This document shows, piece after piece, positions 51,919-63,790 of a stretch of DNA of 64,000 nucleotides. The notes below the pieces were generated by a model, which made no database searches, was not told the origin of the DNA, and was given only the letters and a program-made list of their open reading frames with translations. Location of the stretch: positions 13,130,092 through 13,194,091 of the forward strand of contig NC_057749.1 of the NCBI RefSeq assembly GCF_004010195.1, written 5' to 3'. Position 1 is the stretch's first letter. The number at the start of each line of letters is the position of its first letter. Origin of the DNA: Chiloscyllium plagiosum (taxonomy: Eukaryota). The translations under genes were made by a program, and so were the position numbers.

Positions 51919-53134
51919 TGATGACTGTGAATCCATTGTCAGGAAAAACCCATCTGGTTCACTAATGCCATTTAGGGAAGGCAGCTACCATCCTTACCTA
52001 GTCTAGCCTACATGTAACTCCAGACTCACTACAATGTGGTTCAGTGGACATTTAGGGATGGGTAAGAAATGCTGCCTGGTGAGCAATGCCCTCATCCTGT
52101 GAATAAATAAATTAATGAAGGTATAGTTTTAAACAGTATGGAGGAATAGAATAACTAGGGATGTGAGCACCTCAATCTCTGAAGATGACAGGACATATTG
52201 AAAGTAAAGCACCTGGCATTTACAACTGGAGATAATAAGCACAAATGTTATGCCAAATGTTTATTAAAAAATTTGCAAGGTCCTCACTAGAGTATTACAT
52301 CCAATTCTAGTCTGCAATTTAGGAAGGATGGGAAGGTCCTTGAGATGCTGTGGAGAAAATTTACCAGAGTAGTTCCAGGGATTTTTGTGAATCATGGAAT
52401 GTTTGAGATTTTAGGTTAGTTCAGAGATATTTGGGAAGATGGTTCCAAAGAGATTTTTAAAAAAAATTGGTATTAACAACATGTGTGTGTTGCTGGCTGG
52501 GCCATAGTTTATTCACTATTCCTAATTACCCATAAGTGTGGATCTGGAGTTATATAGTTTTTAGACCAGGTTCCTTTCTTAAAGGGTATTATGTGACGAG
52601 GGCGTTTTCCTGACAATCGGCAGATTCTTAATTTCAGATTTTTATTGAATTCAGATTCCACCATCTGCCATAATCAGATTTGAACTGAGGTCGCCATAAC
52701 ATTACCTGGGTTTCTGGATTGATAGTTCAGTAATAATACCACTAGACCGTCACTTCCCGTTTGATTGAGGTGTACAAGACTTTTGACAAGATTGATGTAA
52801 AGGACTGAACTCTTCCCTCTTGACCAATAGTACAAGTACTAGGGAACACCACTTTAAGATTTCAATTAAAAAATGCAAGAGAATGCCAAGAAGATTGTTT
52901 TTCCCATAGCAAACTGTAATGATGAGGAACTCCTGGCCCATGGAACGGTGGAAACAGAGACAATGATTTGAAAGAAACTAGATGTGCAATTGTGGGACAG
53001 AAAACTTAACAGGGCTACAGGGATAGAGTACAGGAAAATGAACTGACTAAATTACTCCCTTGGGGAGTCAGCAAGGGCTGCATGGACTCCGGTGCTGTCA
53101 AAGACTCTTGCAACATTAAAACAAACAACTGGGG

Positions 53135-53400
53135 ATCTGAAACGAAACAAATTGCTGGAGCAACTCAGCCGGTTTGGCAGTATCATTGAGAAGAAAGCAG
53201 AGTTAGCTTTTCGAGTTGTCTACTTTTCACTACCACCCTGAAGGATCAGCGCTCCAAAAGCTAGTGCTTCCAAATAAACCTGTTGGACTATAACTTGGTG
53301 TTGTGTGATTTTTTTAGCTTTACTTTTCCGAAACGTTAACTCTGCTTTCTTCCCGCAGATGCTGCCAAACCTGCTGAGTTTCTCCAGCAGTTTGTTTTTG
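53135..53400. mobile_element. Family C fold-back element with a nested family B fragment (53229-53320)
   Basis: 8-bp TSD tacttttc at 53221-53228 / 53321-53328 around the inner insert. Confidence 0.75.
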
Positions 53401-53879
53401 AGCTAGTGAAATTAATACTGCTATTAAACATGCTTAATCCAGCGATTATGTCAATATTTTACAAAGGATTCGTTTGTTTTAAATCTTTGACGGTATCACA
53501 CCCAGTGAGTGACAATTCACCTCCCAAGAGCAACAGGAACGAAATTAAGTCAGATAATGACGCCCTAAGGTCTTTGGTTCAAACCCGATCTCTGCCGCAT
53601 GTCCTCTAATTTGTTTTTCTCGACTGAAGTTGCAAAATATTACACCTTCGCATTGCAAAAAAAAAATTGCAGCTGCGCACAACGAACAAAAAAATATGCA
53701 TTACTGGTTCCAGCTTTGCGTTGTAAATTCTGCAGCAAACATCCGGAATTTAAATTGCACAATGCAAATTGAGAAGCGTGCCGCAAAACAGAAAATGCGA
53801 CGAAAGATAGAATTAAACGCAACATTCTTCAGTGTACTAAATGCAGTTGCATGTTTATTGCAAGCAGTGTGCCTTTAAT

Positions 53880-54071
53880 CGCAATTTCCAGACCCCCGGA
53901 AGTATTTCTTTCTCAGAGAAGGAAGTTGCTGTTGGTGTCGGGGTGACCAGGATCAGTTTGCAAAATGAAAGTGGTGGGTGGAGTTTGAGGGTTAACATCT
54001 GATTTGAGTTCTCTACCTTCCCTCCCTTTATATTTCGGTCCGTCTCGAACCCCCTTGAATGGAGCTGCTGG
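53880..54071 (+). promoter_or_regulatory. Probable ULK3 proximal promoter / 5' UTR
   Basis: CpG-retaining region upstream of the ATG with a consensus ETS site CCGGAAGT at 53896-53903. Confidence 0.5.
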
Positions 54072-54170
54072 ATGGCGTCTGGCTGCGCTCCACCCAAACT
54101 AGAGGAGTTCATTCTCACAGAGAAACTGGGCAGTGGTACCTACGCCACTGTATACAAAGCCTACAGAAAG
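54072..54170 (+). CDS. ULK3: ULK3 coding exon 1 ([33 protein letters not shown])
   Basis: Kinase Gly-rich loop [12 protein letters not shown] typical of ULK3; GTGAGC donor. Confidence 0.95.
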
Positions 54171-54189
54171 GTGAGCAGTTTTTAATCAG

Positions 54190-54730
54190 GCAGGGAGTTT
54201 GTGCAGCGGCACCTGTGTCACAGGTGAGAACTGAGTCAGGACATCAGTGCTGAAGATGAGAGATTGATAGGAAGACATCTGTTTGTATAACTTAAAAACA
54301 TCTGTGCCAGAGATTAGAGATTGGTACGGGTGACTTCAGATATATCAGCAGTGCGAGGAGTGAGTGTGTTTATTGCACCTGTGCCACAGGCCAGAGATTG
54401 GTCAGGGCACTTGTACCACAGGTGAGAGATTGATAGGGGCTTCAGTTTGTACAGCCAAAACACATTTGTGCCAAAGATGAGAGAGAGACTGAGGGACACC
54501 TGCACCTATAACAACAGATCAAAAGATGAAAGCTTGGTCAGAGTGACTTTGTACAACCTAAAGGAAGGTGTGCGAGACTGGTAAGGCAACCTGTGTGTAC
54601 AACCTACATGCACCTGTATCATAGGTGAGAGCCTGGTGGGGGCCACCTGTACCTCTATTGGGAGCACCTGTGTGTACAACCTACATGCACCTGTATCATA
54701 GGTGAGAGCCTGGTAGAGGAACCTGTATCA
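54190..54730. repeat. Degenerate tandem repeat in ULK3 intron 1, including a ~50-bp exact duplication with a period of ~78
   Basis: Recurring cacctgt...(c/t)aggtgagag; acctgtgtgtacaacctacatgcacctgtatcataggtgagagcctggt occurs twice. Confidence 0.75.
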
Positions 54731-55264
54731 CTTAAGTTATTTCCATTTTTTTGTCTCCCTTAGGTATTGATCTAGTATTTTTAAAAGTACTTCTCAACTG
54801 GTCTACTGGGATGGAACGGGGCATGTGGGATCTCTTTACCTGCTTAGGATCTGAAAGACCCCACAGTGTTTTATGTAGAAAAATTGGCTAGCACCACCAA
54901 AGCTTAATTGTGTTTTCATCTTGTTCACAGGCCTTGTATCTTGCTGTGTGTATATTGCCAGAACAACTTGTTCGCTGTCTGTGAAGCAATTTGGGCAATC
55001 CTGAGGATGTGAAAAGCGCTATATAAATGCAGGGTCTTTTGTATCTTGCTTGTCCTAATGGCCTGAATTAAAGTGAAGTTCTGATCTATGTTTATTTCAT
55101 CTATGCTGTTTAAAACTTTAAATTGACCCTAACACCCCTTTAAACTGTCCAACCTGACGATGGTATCAGACTGTGAATGGCCCTGTCTGCTTCAGTCAAA
55201 CACAGGCTCAAGTATAAACTGACTTGGTATCTTCAGCATTGTGGAGTTCTGCTTTGAACCTGGT

Positions 55265-55995
55265 AATAGAGTCAAACAGCATGGAAACAGACCCTTTGGT
55301 CTAACCAGTCCATGCCAACCATAATCCCAAATTAAACCAGTCCCATCTGCCTGCGCTTGGCCATTATCCCTCCAAACATTTATTGTTATATACCTTAACT
55401 AAATGACTTTTTTAAACATTGTAAACGTACCCATATTCACCATTTCTTTTGGAAGTGCATTCCACACATGAACCACTTTGTGTTTTTTTTTAAAATTGTC
55501 CCTCATGTCTTTTTAAAAATTTTCTCCTTAAAAATATGCCCCCTAGTCCTGAAACACCCTACCCTCGGGAAAAGATATCTACCATTCTCCTTATCTATGT
55601 CCCTCATTATTTTATAAATATCTATAAGGTCAACCCTCAACCTCCTATGGTCCTATTAAACATGTCCCAACTTCTCCTTATAACTTAAACTCTCTATCCT
55701 GGCAACATCCTGGTAAATTTTTTCTGAACTGTCCTCAGTTTAATAATATTCGTCCTCTAACAGGGTGCCCCAAACTGGATACAGTACTCCAGAAGAGGCC
55801 CTACCAACATCCTGTACAATCTCAACAAAACGTCCTAACTCCTGTACTGAAAGATCTGAGCAATAAAGGCGACTGTACTAAATGCATTTTTAACCACCCT
55901 GTCTACATGTCATGCAAACCTCAAAGGATTATGTACCTGTACCCCTAGGTCTCTCTGTTCTACAATACCCGAGGCCCTACTTTTAATTGTATGAT
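55265..55995 (-). mobile_element. CR1 LINE 3' fragment
   Basis: Same 3' end as other copies (agcatggaaacagaccc...). Confidence 0.85.
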
Positions 55996-56837
55996 CATTT
56001 AAAATATATTGGTAATAGCTGAGAGAATAGAAAAATGTATTTTGCATTCATCTGGAACTTCAGGATGTCCCAAACAGCTTTATACTAAAATAGTTATGAC
56101 ATTTTTATGGCAAATAATGAATATTGGCCTTGACACTGTGGAAAGATCTATCATGCCCTTGACAATGCCTTGTGGGACCTTTTTACAGGCAATTGAGAGA
56201 GTAAACATCTCATTTGAAAACTGGCATTGCTGCCATGGGTCACACTGCATCTGTGAATACAAACAGTTAAGGTTTCTGGATTGCAATGAAACTTTGTCAG
56301 TTCAATATATAAGGAGATATCAGCTCTGACGAAAGGTCGCTCCACATGCAATTTTTAACTGTTTCTCTCTCCACAGATGCAACCAGATCTGCTGAGTTTC
56401 TCCAGCATTCTCTGTCTTTAGTTCTGATTTCGGCAATCCTGTGCTTTCGTGTTGCTGCAGCCTAGATTATTTGGAATGGGATTTGAACTGGTGACCTCCT
56501 GATTCAGAAATGAGAGCACTGCCTATTGAACTTCTAACCAGGAACTTTTTTTTTATTCCTGTGGGGACACGCCCTAGAAAGGTGATGATCGGTGCTGTGT
56601 TCAGAATATTATTTCACTTTTTTCATGTGATGTGTACGTTGCTGGCAAGGCCAGCATTTTTTGCCCGTCCCTGTTTGGCCTTGAACTGAGTGGTTTGCTC
56701 ACCTATTTCAGAGGGTAGTTAAAAGCAATCACCTGGCTGTGCAGTTACATCTAGGCCAGACTGGGTAAGGGCAGCAGAAGAACACTAGTGAATCTATCAC
56801 CATCAGTTATAGTTGTTTTGGTCACTATTATGGAGAG

Positions 56838-57560
56838 TGGTCATACAGTATAGAAACAGACCCTTGAGTCCAACCAGTCCATGCTGACCGTAATCCCAAA
56901 CTAAACTAGCCCTGCCTGTCTGCGCTTGGCCCATATCCCTCCAAACATTTCTTATTCATGTATTTATCCAAGTGTCTTTTAAATGTTGTAACTGTACCTG
57001 CATCCACCACTTCCTCTGGAGGTTCATTCCACATGCAAATCACTCCGTGTTTTAAAAATAAAAATGCCCCTCATGTCTTTTTTTAAATCCTCCGGCTTTC
57101 ACCATAAAAATATGCCCCCGAGTCTTGAAATCCCCTAATTTAGGGAAACGACACCTGCCATTCATCTTATCTATACTCCTCATGATTTTATAAACCTCAA
57201 TAAGGTCACCCCTCGACCTCTAACACTCCATTGAAAAAAGTCCTAACCTGTCTTAACTGGCAGAAGAAGTGATGAATGCAGGTACAGTTACAACGTCATA
57301 AAGACATTTGGTCAGGTACATAAATTGGAAAGATTTGGAGGTATATGTGCCAAACACAGCAAATGGGACTAGTTTATCATAGAAAACTCGGCATGGATGA
57401 GGTGGAGCAAAGGGTCTTTTTCTGTCCTGTATGACACTATCCAGCCTCACCTTATAACTCAAACCCTTCTTCCCCAGCAACACCCTGGCAAATCTCTTCT
57501 GAATCATCTCTGGCTGAAGATCCTTGCTTATTATAACATGGAGACCAGAACTGGACACAG
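56838..57560 (-). mobile_element. CR1 3' fragment with a second CR1 3' end (57254-57435) nested in opposite orientation
   Basis: Homology to other CR1 tails in both orientations. Confidence 0.75.
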
Positions 57561-57694
57561 GTTTATATTCCACCAGTTTATTAATTGAACTTAAATTACA
57601 CCAGGATTTGAACCCAAGTCCCCAGAGCATTTGCCTAAACCTCTGGGTGCCATAGTCCAATAACATTGCCGCTACCTCATCACCTCCCTGTTAG

Positions 57695-58785
57695 ACAATA
57701 GACAATAGGTGCAGGAGTAGGCCATTCTGCCCTTCGAGCCTGCACCACCATTCAATATGATCATGGCTGATCATCCTTAATCAGTATCCTGTTCCTGCCT
57801 TATCTCCATAACCCTTGATTCCACAATCCTTGATAGCCCTATCCAATTCTTTCTTAAATGAATCCAGAGTCTGGGCCTCCACTGCTCTCTGGGGCAGAGC
57901 ATTCCACACAGCCACCACTCTCTGGGTGAAGAAGTTTCTCCTCATCTCTGTCCTAAATGGTCTACCCCGTATTTTTAAGCTGTGTCCTCTGGTTTGGCAC
58001 TCACCCATCAGTGGAAACATGTTTCCTGCCGCCAGAGTGTCCAATCCTTTAATAATCTTATATGTCTCAATCAGATCCCCTCTCAGTCTTCTAAACTCAA
58101 GGGTATACAAGCCCAGTCGCTCCAGTCTTTCAATGTAAGGTAATCCCGCCATTCCAGGAATTGACCTCGTGAACCAACGCTGCATTTCCTCAATAGCCAG
58201 AATGTCTTTCCTCAAATTTGGAGACCAGAACTGCACACAGTACTCCAGGTGTGGTCTCACCAGGGCCCTGTACAGCTGCAGAAGAACCTCTTTGCTTCTA
58301 TACTCAATCCCTCTTGTTATGAAGGCCAGCATGCTATTAGCCTTTTACACTACCTGCTGTACTTGCATGCTTACCTTCATTGACTGATGTACAAGAACAC
58401 CCAGATCTCTCTGTACTGCCCCTTTACCAAAATTGATTCCATTGAGGTCGTAACCTGCCTTCCTGTTCTTGCCACCAAAGTGGATAACCATACATTTATC
58501 CACATTAAACTGCATCTGCCATGCATCTGCCCAGTCACCTAACTTGTCCAGGTCACCCTGTAATCTCCTAACATCCTCATCACATTTCACCCTGCCACCC
58601 AGCTTAGTATCATCAGCAAATTTGCTAATGTTATTACTAACACCATCTTTTATATCATTAACATATATTGTAAAATGCTGCGGTCCCAGTACTGATCCCC
58701 GCGGTACCCCACTGGTCACTGCCTGCCATTCCAAAATGGAGCCGTTTATCACTACTCTTTGTTTCCTATCAGCCAACCAACTGAT
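57695..58785 (-). mobile_element. Young 5'-truncated CR1 LINE
   Basis: SGVPRGSVLGP, SKFADDTKL, LYRALVRPHLEYCVQFWSP; gacaata tail repeats; possible TSD tgttag at 57689-57694 / 58786-58791. Confidence 0.93.
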
Positions 58786-58951
58786 TGTTAGTGCAAATAG
58801 TGATAAATGGGCACACACCTTGACTGTAACTGGGTAATTTGCACCAATGTAAGAATGCTTTAATTGTTCCTCATCGCAAGTGCATCTCACTTGCACAGTC
58901 GCTCTATGCTGAAACTGTTCCTCTAAAGTGGTTCCTGCTGTATTCCAACAG

Positions 58952-59092
58952 GTGAACAGTCGCGAGGTCGTGGCCATTAAGTGTGTGAGTAAAAAAAGTT
59001 TGAACAAAGCCTCGGTGGAGAACCTGCTGACTGAGATCGAAATCTTGAAGACGGTCAGGCATCCTCATATTGTGCAGCTGAAGGATTTTCAA
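58952..59092 (+). CDS. ULK3: ULK3 coding exon 2 ([47 protein letters not shown])
   Basis: VAIK lysine and alphaC region matching ULK3; CAG/GTATGT boundaries. Confidence 0.97.
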
Positions 59093-59651
59093 GTATGTAT
59101 GAGCAGAGTCTGAAAGTGGATATCTTTATAAAACTAACAGGGCTGGATAAGTAACTTCACTCATCAACACAGGGATTCCATCACCTTTCCTCTGAGCTTC
59201 TCTCATGAGTGGCCTTAACATTGCAGAGGTTGTTTGACTTGCTGAATATTGACAGCTTGTTTCTATCTGATTTCCAGTGGCATTTTGTTTCTCATGTATG
59301 TGTGTGAGAAAGGCAGTCGGTGTGTCTGACAGTGTCAATGTACCTTTGTCTGTCTGACTTGGCTGTTTTGTCTGTGTGTGTCAGTGTGTTCATGTGTTTT
59401 GGCTGTGAATATGGCGCTCTTTCTCTCGTGCGTGCGCACACCCCTTTGCTGCAATCTTGAGGTTATAACAAGAGGAATAGATAGAGGATGTGATGTTTTT
59501 GGATTTCCAGGAAGCTATTGCTGAAGTCCCACATATTAGAAGCAAGTGTGTAAGATCGAAGCACATGGAATGGGGTGAAGTAGCAACAGGGATTGGGAAT
59601 TGGTTAGCAGGTAGGGAACTGAGTGGGAATAAATAAGGGTGGGTTTTGGAG

Positions 59652-60070
59652 TGATTTGATTTATTACCATCATGTGTACCAAGGTACAGTGAAAAGTATT
59701 GTCTTTTGTGCTTTACAGGCAGATCACACGATACAAGTGCATTAGGTAACAGAACAGAGTAAAGGATACAATGTTACAGTCACAGACAAGGTGCAGAGAG
59801 AGATTAACATTAAAGAGGACCATTCAAAAGTCTGATAACAGCGGGGAAGAAGCTGTTCCTGAATTGATCCATACGTGTATACAAACTTTTATATCTTCTG
59901 CCTGACAGAAAAGGGTGGCAGAGAGTATACCCAAGGTGCGAGGGGTCTTTGATTATGTTGGTTGCTTCTGCAAGGCAGTGGGAAATATAATAGATGAAGT
60001 GAATGGATGGGAAGCTGGTTTGCTTAGTGGACTGGGCTGTGTTCACAGCTCTCTGTAGTTTCTTTTGGTC
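59652..60070 (-). mobile_element. Rex1/Babar-like LINE 3' fragment
   Basis: IIKDPSHLGYTL...SGRRYKSL...FRNSFFPAVIRLLN C-terminal motif. Confidence 0.75.
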
Positions 60071-60832
60071 TTACAAAAAGCAGCGGAAGTGGAGTGGGAA
60101 GCAGTGATCGTGGATTATTACAGGGATCAGTGATTGTTTCCAGCTATTCACTATATAATTTAATGAATTGCATGAAGGTATTAAATTTGGTATTTCCAAG
60201 TTTGCTGATGATATAAAACTAGAAGGAATTTGAGAGATGAGGCAGAAGTGAAGAGGCTTCAAGGTAACTTCAACAAATTGGGTGAGTGGGCAGATGCAGT
60301 ACGTTGCAGCTAAGTGTGAAGTAATCCACTTTGGTATGGGAAAGAGAATAAGCATATTATTTAAACAATGATTGACACTTCTCAGTCTATCACTGTAAAA
60401 ACGAGAACCAGTACACCAGTCAGTGCAAGCAGACATGCAGATGGAACAAGCAGTTAGGAAGGTCAATAAAATGTTGGCCTTCTTTGCCAAGGAGTTCAGG
60501 AGCAAGGAAGTTGTCATACAGCTGTTCAGGGCTTAGGTAGAACCATGCCTGGAGTATTGTGTGCCATTATAGTCGGCATGGACTGGTTGGACCAAAGGAT
60601 CTGTTTCTCTGCTGTATGACTCTTAGTAAAATATATAAGATTCGGACAGGGCTGCACAAAAGGAATACATGGATGATGTTCCCTTGATTGGGAGCTGGAG
60701 TGGGGGAATTTCTGGAACAAGGGGTCATAGTCTCGGATTATGGGATATTTGAGACTGAAATAATAATTGTTTTTCACTCAGAAGGTAGTGAACTGTTATT
60801 TTACCCCACAGAAGGCAATGGAGGGAAAAGAA

Positions 60833-61153
60833 CAGCAGCACTGTGGCTCAGTGGTTAGCACTGCTGCCATACAGCAGCAAGGACTGGGGTTCAATTCCAC
60901 CCTTGGATGAACATCTGTGTGGAGTTCACACATTCTCCCCATGTCTGCGTGGGTTTCCTCTGGGTGCTCTGATTTCCTCCCACAGTCCAAAGATGTGCAG
61001 GTTATGTGGATTGACCATGCTAAATGGCCCAGTGTTCAGAGATGTGCAGGTAAATGTGGGGTTACACGAATAAGATGAGAGGCTCTTTGGAAGTTTGGTA
61101 CAGACTCAACAGGCCAAGTGGCCTCTTTCCGTACTGTAGGGGATTCTATTCTA
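60833..61153 (+). mobile_element. tRNA-derived SINE (HE1/V-SINE type)
   Basis: tRNA head and V-domain. Confidence 0.88.
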
Positions 61154-62041
61154 TTACTCACTGAATATATTTAAGAAATAAATTGATTCCGAAATACAAA
61201 AGGTGTCAAGGGATATGAGAAGGGAGCAGGGGGATTGCATTGAGATAGGAAATCAGCCGTGATCATATTGAATGGTAGAGCAGGCTCAGTGGACCAGAAA
61301 GTCTCTTGTTGCTTCTATTTTGTATGCCTTTGTCTTGTCTGCACCGTCATCTGTGCATGTGTGTTACTGCCTGTGTGTCTTGGCTGTGTTGTGTGTGTGT
61401 GTGTGTTTTAGAGTCTTATGGTTGTGCTGTTGTCTTGATTGTGTTTATGTCAGTATCTTGGCTATGGTTTTGTCAGTGTGTGACTCTCTCTTGGTTGTGG
61501 TAGTGGCTGTGTGTCAGTCTCTTATCTGTGTGATTTTTTTTTTTGAGCAGCAGTATTGCCTTTCCTACTATCTGGTCTGACCTGTGTTGGGGTTCCTTGT
61601 TGAAATGGGGCGAGGGAAATTGGAGAATGGCAGATTCTATCCCTGTCTCCCAACCACCACGTACACTCAGGAAAGAGTGACTGGGTGGCCCTTGATAAGT
61701 GAGGGCAGTGGCCATGACCGATGGGACACCGAAACCAATATTAATGCCCTGGCCTATTCCTTGACCAACAATCAGAGACTTGAGTCGCCAACTTGGGTTG
61801 GGAGTGTTCCTGGAGGTTTTACTATGTGACCGCCTTCAGTACCTGGCCACTTGGAAGAGGAACAGACTCTTTATAACCTATTGATGAAATAGGGTTTTTT
61901 AACCCCTCCAACCTCCAATATTTTTACAATCAATAAACAAAATACTTCAGTATTCCAGCTAGAAAGATGTAGGTAATAGGTGGTAATCATCCACTGAAGT
62001 AATCTCTCATTGTGAATAATGGAATCGGAATGATCTCCTTG

Positions 62042-62315
62042 GTGAGCATTATGGTGGCTCAGTGGTTAGCACTGCCGCCTTGCAGCACCAAGGACCCGGG
62101 TTCAATTCTAGCCTTGGGCAACAATCTGCATATTCTCCCAGTGTCTGCGTCGGTTTCTTCCCATGGTCCAAAGATGCGTGGGTTGGCCATGCTAAATGCA
62201 AGGTTACAGAGATAGGGTTGCGGGAGTGGGTCTACGTGGGCTGCACTTCGGAAGGTTGATGCAGACTTGATGGGATGAACAGCCTCTTTCCAAACTGTAG
62301 GGATTCTATGATTCT
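62042..62315 (+). mobile_element. tRNA-derived SINE (HE1/V-SINE type), internally deleted
   Basis: tRNA head and partial V-domain. Confidence 0.85.
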
Positions 62316-62512
62316 CTGTCACTGCCCTGTGTGAGTCAGAGGGTTCCAGACCACAACCAGGGGGCCCTGCCCTTCCCCGTGGAATAGTTTGGGAATATTC
62401 CGGGTAGCCAGACATTCCAGTTTGTGGAGGTGTGGGGTTCGGTGAGGGGGAGATATTATAGGCTTCTGGTTGCAGTCGTTTCTAACGTATGGTTTGACCT
62501 TGACCCTAACAG

Positions 62513-62633
62513 TGGGACAGCGAGAACATTTACCTGATCATGGAATTCTGTGCTGGCGGCGATCTCTCCCACTTCATCCGCACTCGCAGGGCGCTTCCCG
62601 AAGGAGTGGCCAGGCGCTTTCTGCAGCAGCTGG
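62513..62633 (+). CDS. ULK3: ULK3 coding exon 3 ([40 protein letters not shown]); gene continues beyond the window
   Basis: Hinge region [18 protein letters not shown] boundaries. Confidence 0.97.
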
Positions 62634-62719
62634 GTAAGAGGCCGCGGGAGCTGGGTTGCCATATTAACTTTCCCATCCACTGCATGTTCCAAAGTGCTTC
62701 ATGGGCAATGAGAGCATCA

Positions 62720-63575
62720 GCTTCCCCCTGGCTCGGAGGGTAACATTCTCATTGGAATTTGAAGATTGAGAGTTCAACTCCCACTCCAGAGGTGTGAGCA
62801 GAAAACTGCAGCTGACACTATCATGCCAGCACTGAGGGAGTGCTGCACTGTTGAAGGAGCCATCTTTCTAAACACTCACCTCCAGTAGAGGTAAAAGATC
62901 CCACCAAACCGTGAGAAGAGCTGTCCACGAAAAAGGTTTATATTTCTCCAACACAGGGTGGCGCAGTGGCTCAGTGGTTAGTACTGCTGCCTTACAGCAC
63001 CAGGGACCCAGTTTCGATTCCACCCTTCGGCGACTGTGAAGTTTGCACATTCTCCCCATGTCTGCACAGACCGCGAGCAGGTGCTCTGCTTTCTTCCCAC
63101 CATCCAAAGAAGTGCAGGCTAAGTGGATTAGCCATGGGAAATGCAGGGTTACAAGGGTCCGGGGGTGTGTCTGGGTGGGATGCTCTTTGGAGGGTCTGTG
63201 TGACCTCGATGGGCCAAATAGCCTGCTTCCACACTTTAGGAATTCTATGATCCATCCCTCAATCAATCTGACTACAATAGAAGTTCACGTTATCCCCATA
63301 TTGTTGTATGTGGGGTCTTGCTGTGTGCATATTGATGTTTCCTACATTACAATACTGACTTCAAAATGGTAGTTCCACCGGATTGATGTTCCCATGAAGG
63401 TCCTACCCTCCGGTGGAACCACCACCAATCACCTCTTTTGCCTAAGAGAGCAGCCCAATGGTCCTCTGGGACTGTGGTGACTTTGCTGTAACCTTTACAC
63501 ACCAAAAGCACCTCATTTGCTGTAAAGCACTTTGGGATGTGAAAGTTGCTATATAAATGCAATTATTTCTTCTTT
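62720..63575 (+). mobile_element. Deu-domain SINE (SacSINE1/AmnSINE-like) interrupted by a V-SINE; fragments also at ~19740, 27185, 54905 and 56010
   Basis: actgagggagtgctgcactgt, gtaaaagatccca, tcttgctgtg.gca, gctatataaatgcaa blocks. Confidence 0.65.
62956..63252 (+). mobile_element. tRNA-derived SINE (HE1/V-SINE type)
   Basis: tRNA head and V-domain. Confidence 0.9.
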
Positions 63576-63686
63576 CTTTTGGGAATGGCCATTAGATCCA
63601 CATTCTGTTTGTACAGAGATTGGGCTGCCAATTATGTTAATGGAAGGATAAACATTAGCCTGGGATCCCTCAGAATGACCCTAGTC

Positions 63687-63790
63687 ACTGAAACGCTTCA
63701 CAGGAGGCTCCCAAGCACTGAGGATGTCACCTAGACAGGGGGCAAAACGTCTGCAGCAGACATTCCCAGCTCGGCGAACAGAACCACAAC
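63687..63790 (+). mobile_element. 104-bp Penelope terminal fragment consisting mostly of the hammerhead motif
   Basis: Perfect 13-bp TSD aatgaccctagtc at 63674-63686 / 63791-63803; matches 14390-14485 and 33020-33120. Confidence 0.88.

Larger units (their letters stand above)
59450..61320 (+). mobile_element. Old degraded CR1 LINE with nested insertions
   Basis: LDFQ.A..KVPH-like, SKFADD and LV.PCLEYCV remnants. Confidence 0.7.

Noticed and set aside
54588..54718. Repeat-spacer-like pattern (CRISPR)
   Set aside because: Only two copies, vertebrate intron, no cas genes; simple tandem duplication
58345..59007. 220-aa minus-strand ORF
   Set aside because: Chance fusion of antisense ULK3 exon 2/intron sequence with a truncated CR1 RT fragment; not a gene
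61272..61580. Hydrophobic Cys/Val-rich ORF
   Set aside because: Translation of TG-rich low-complexity intronic sequence
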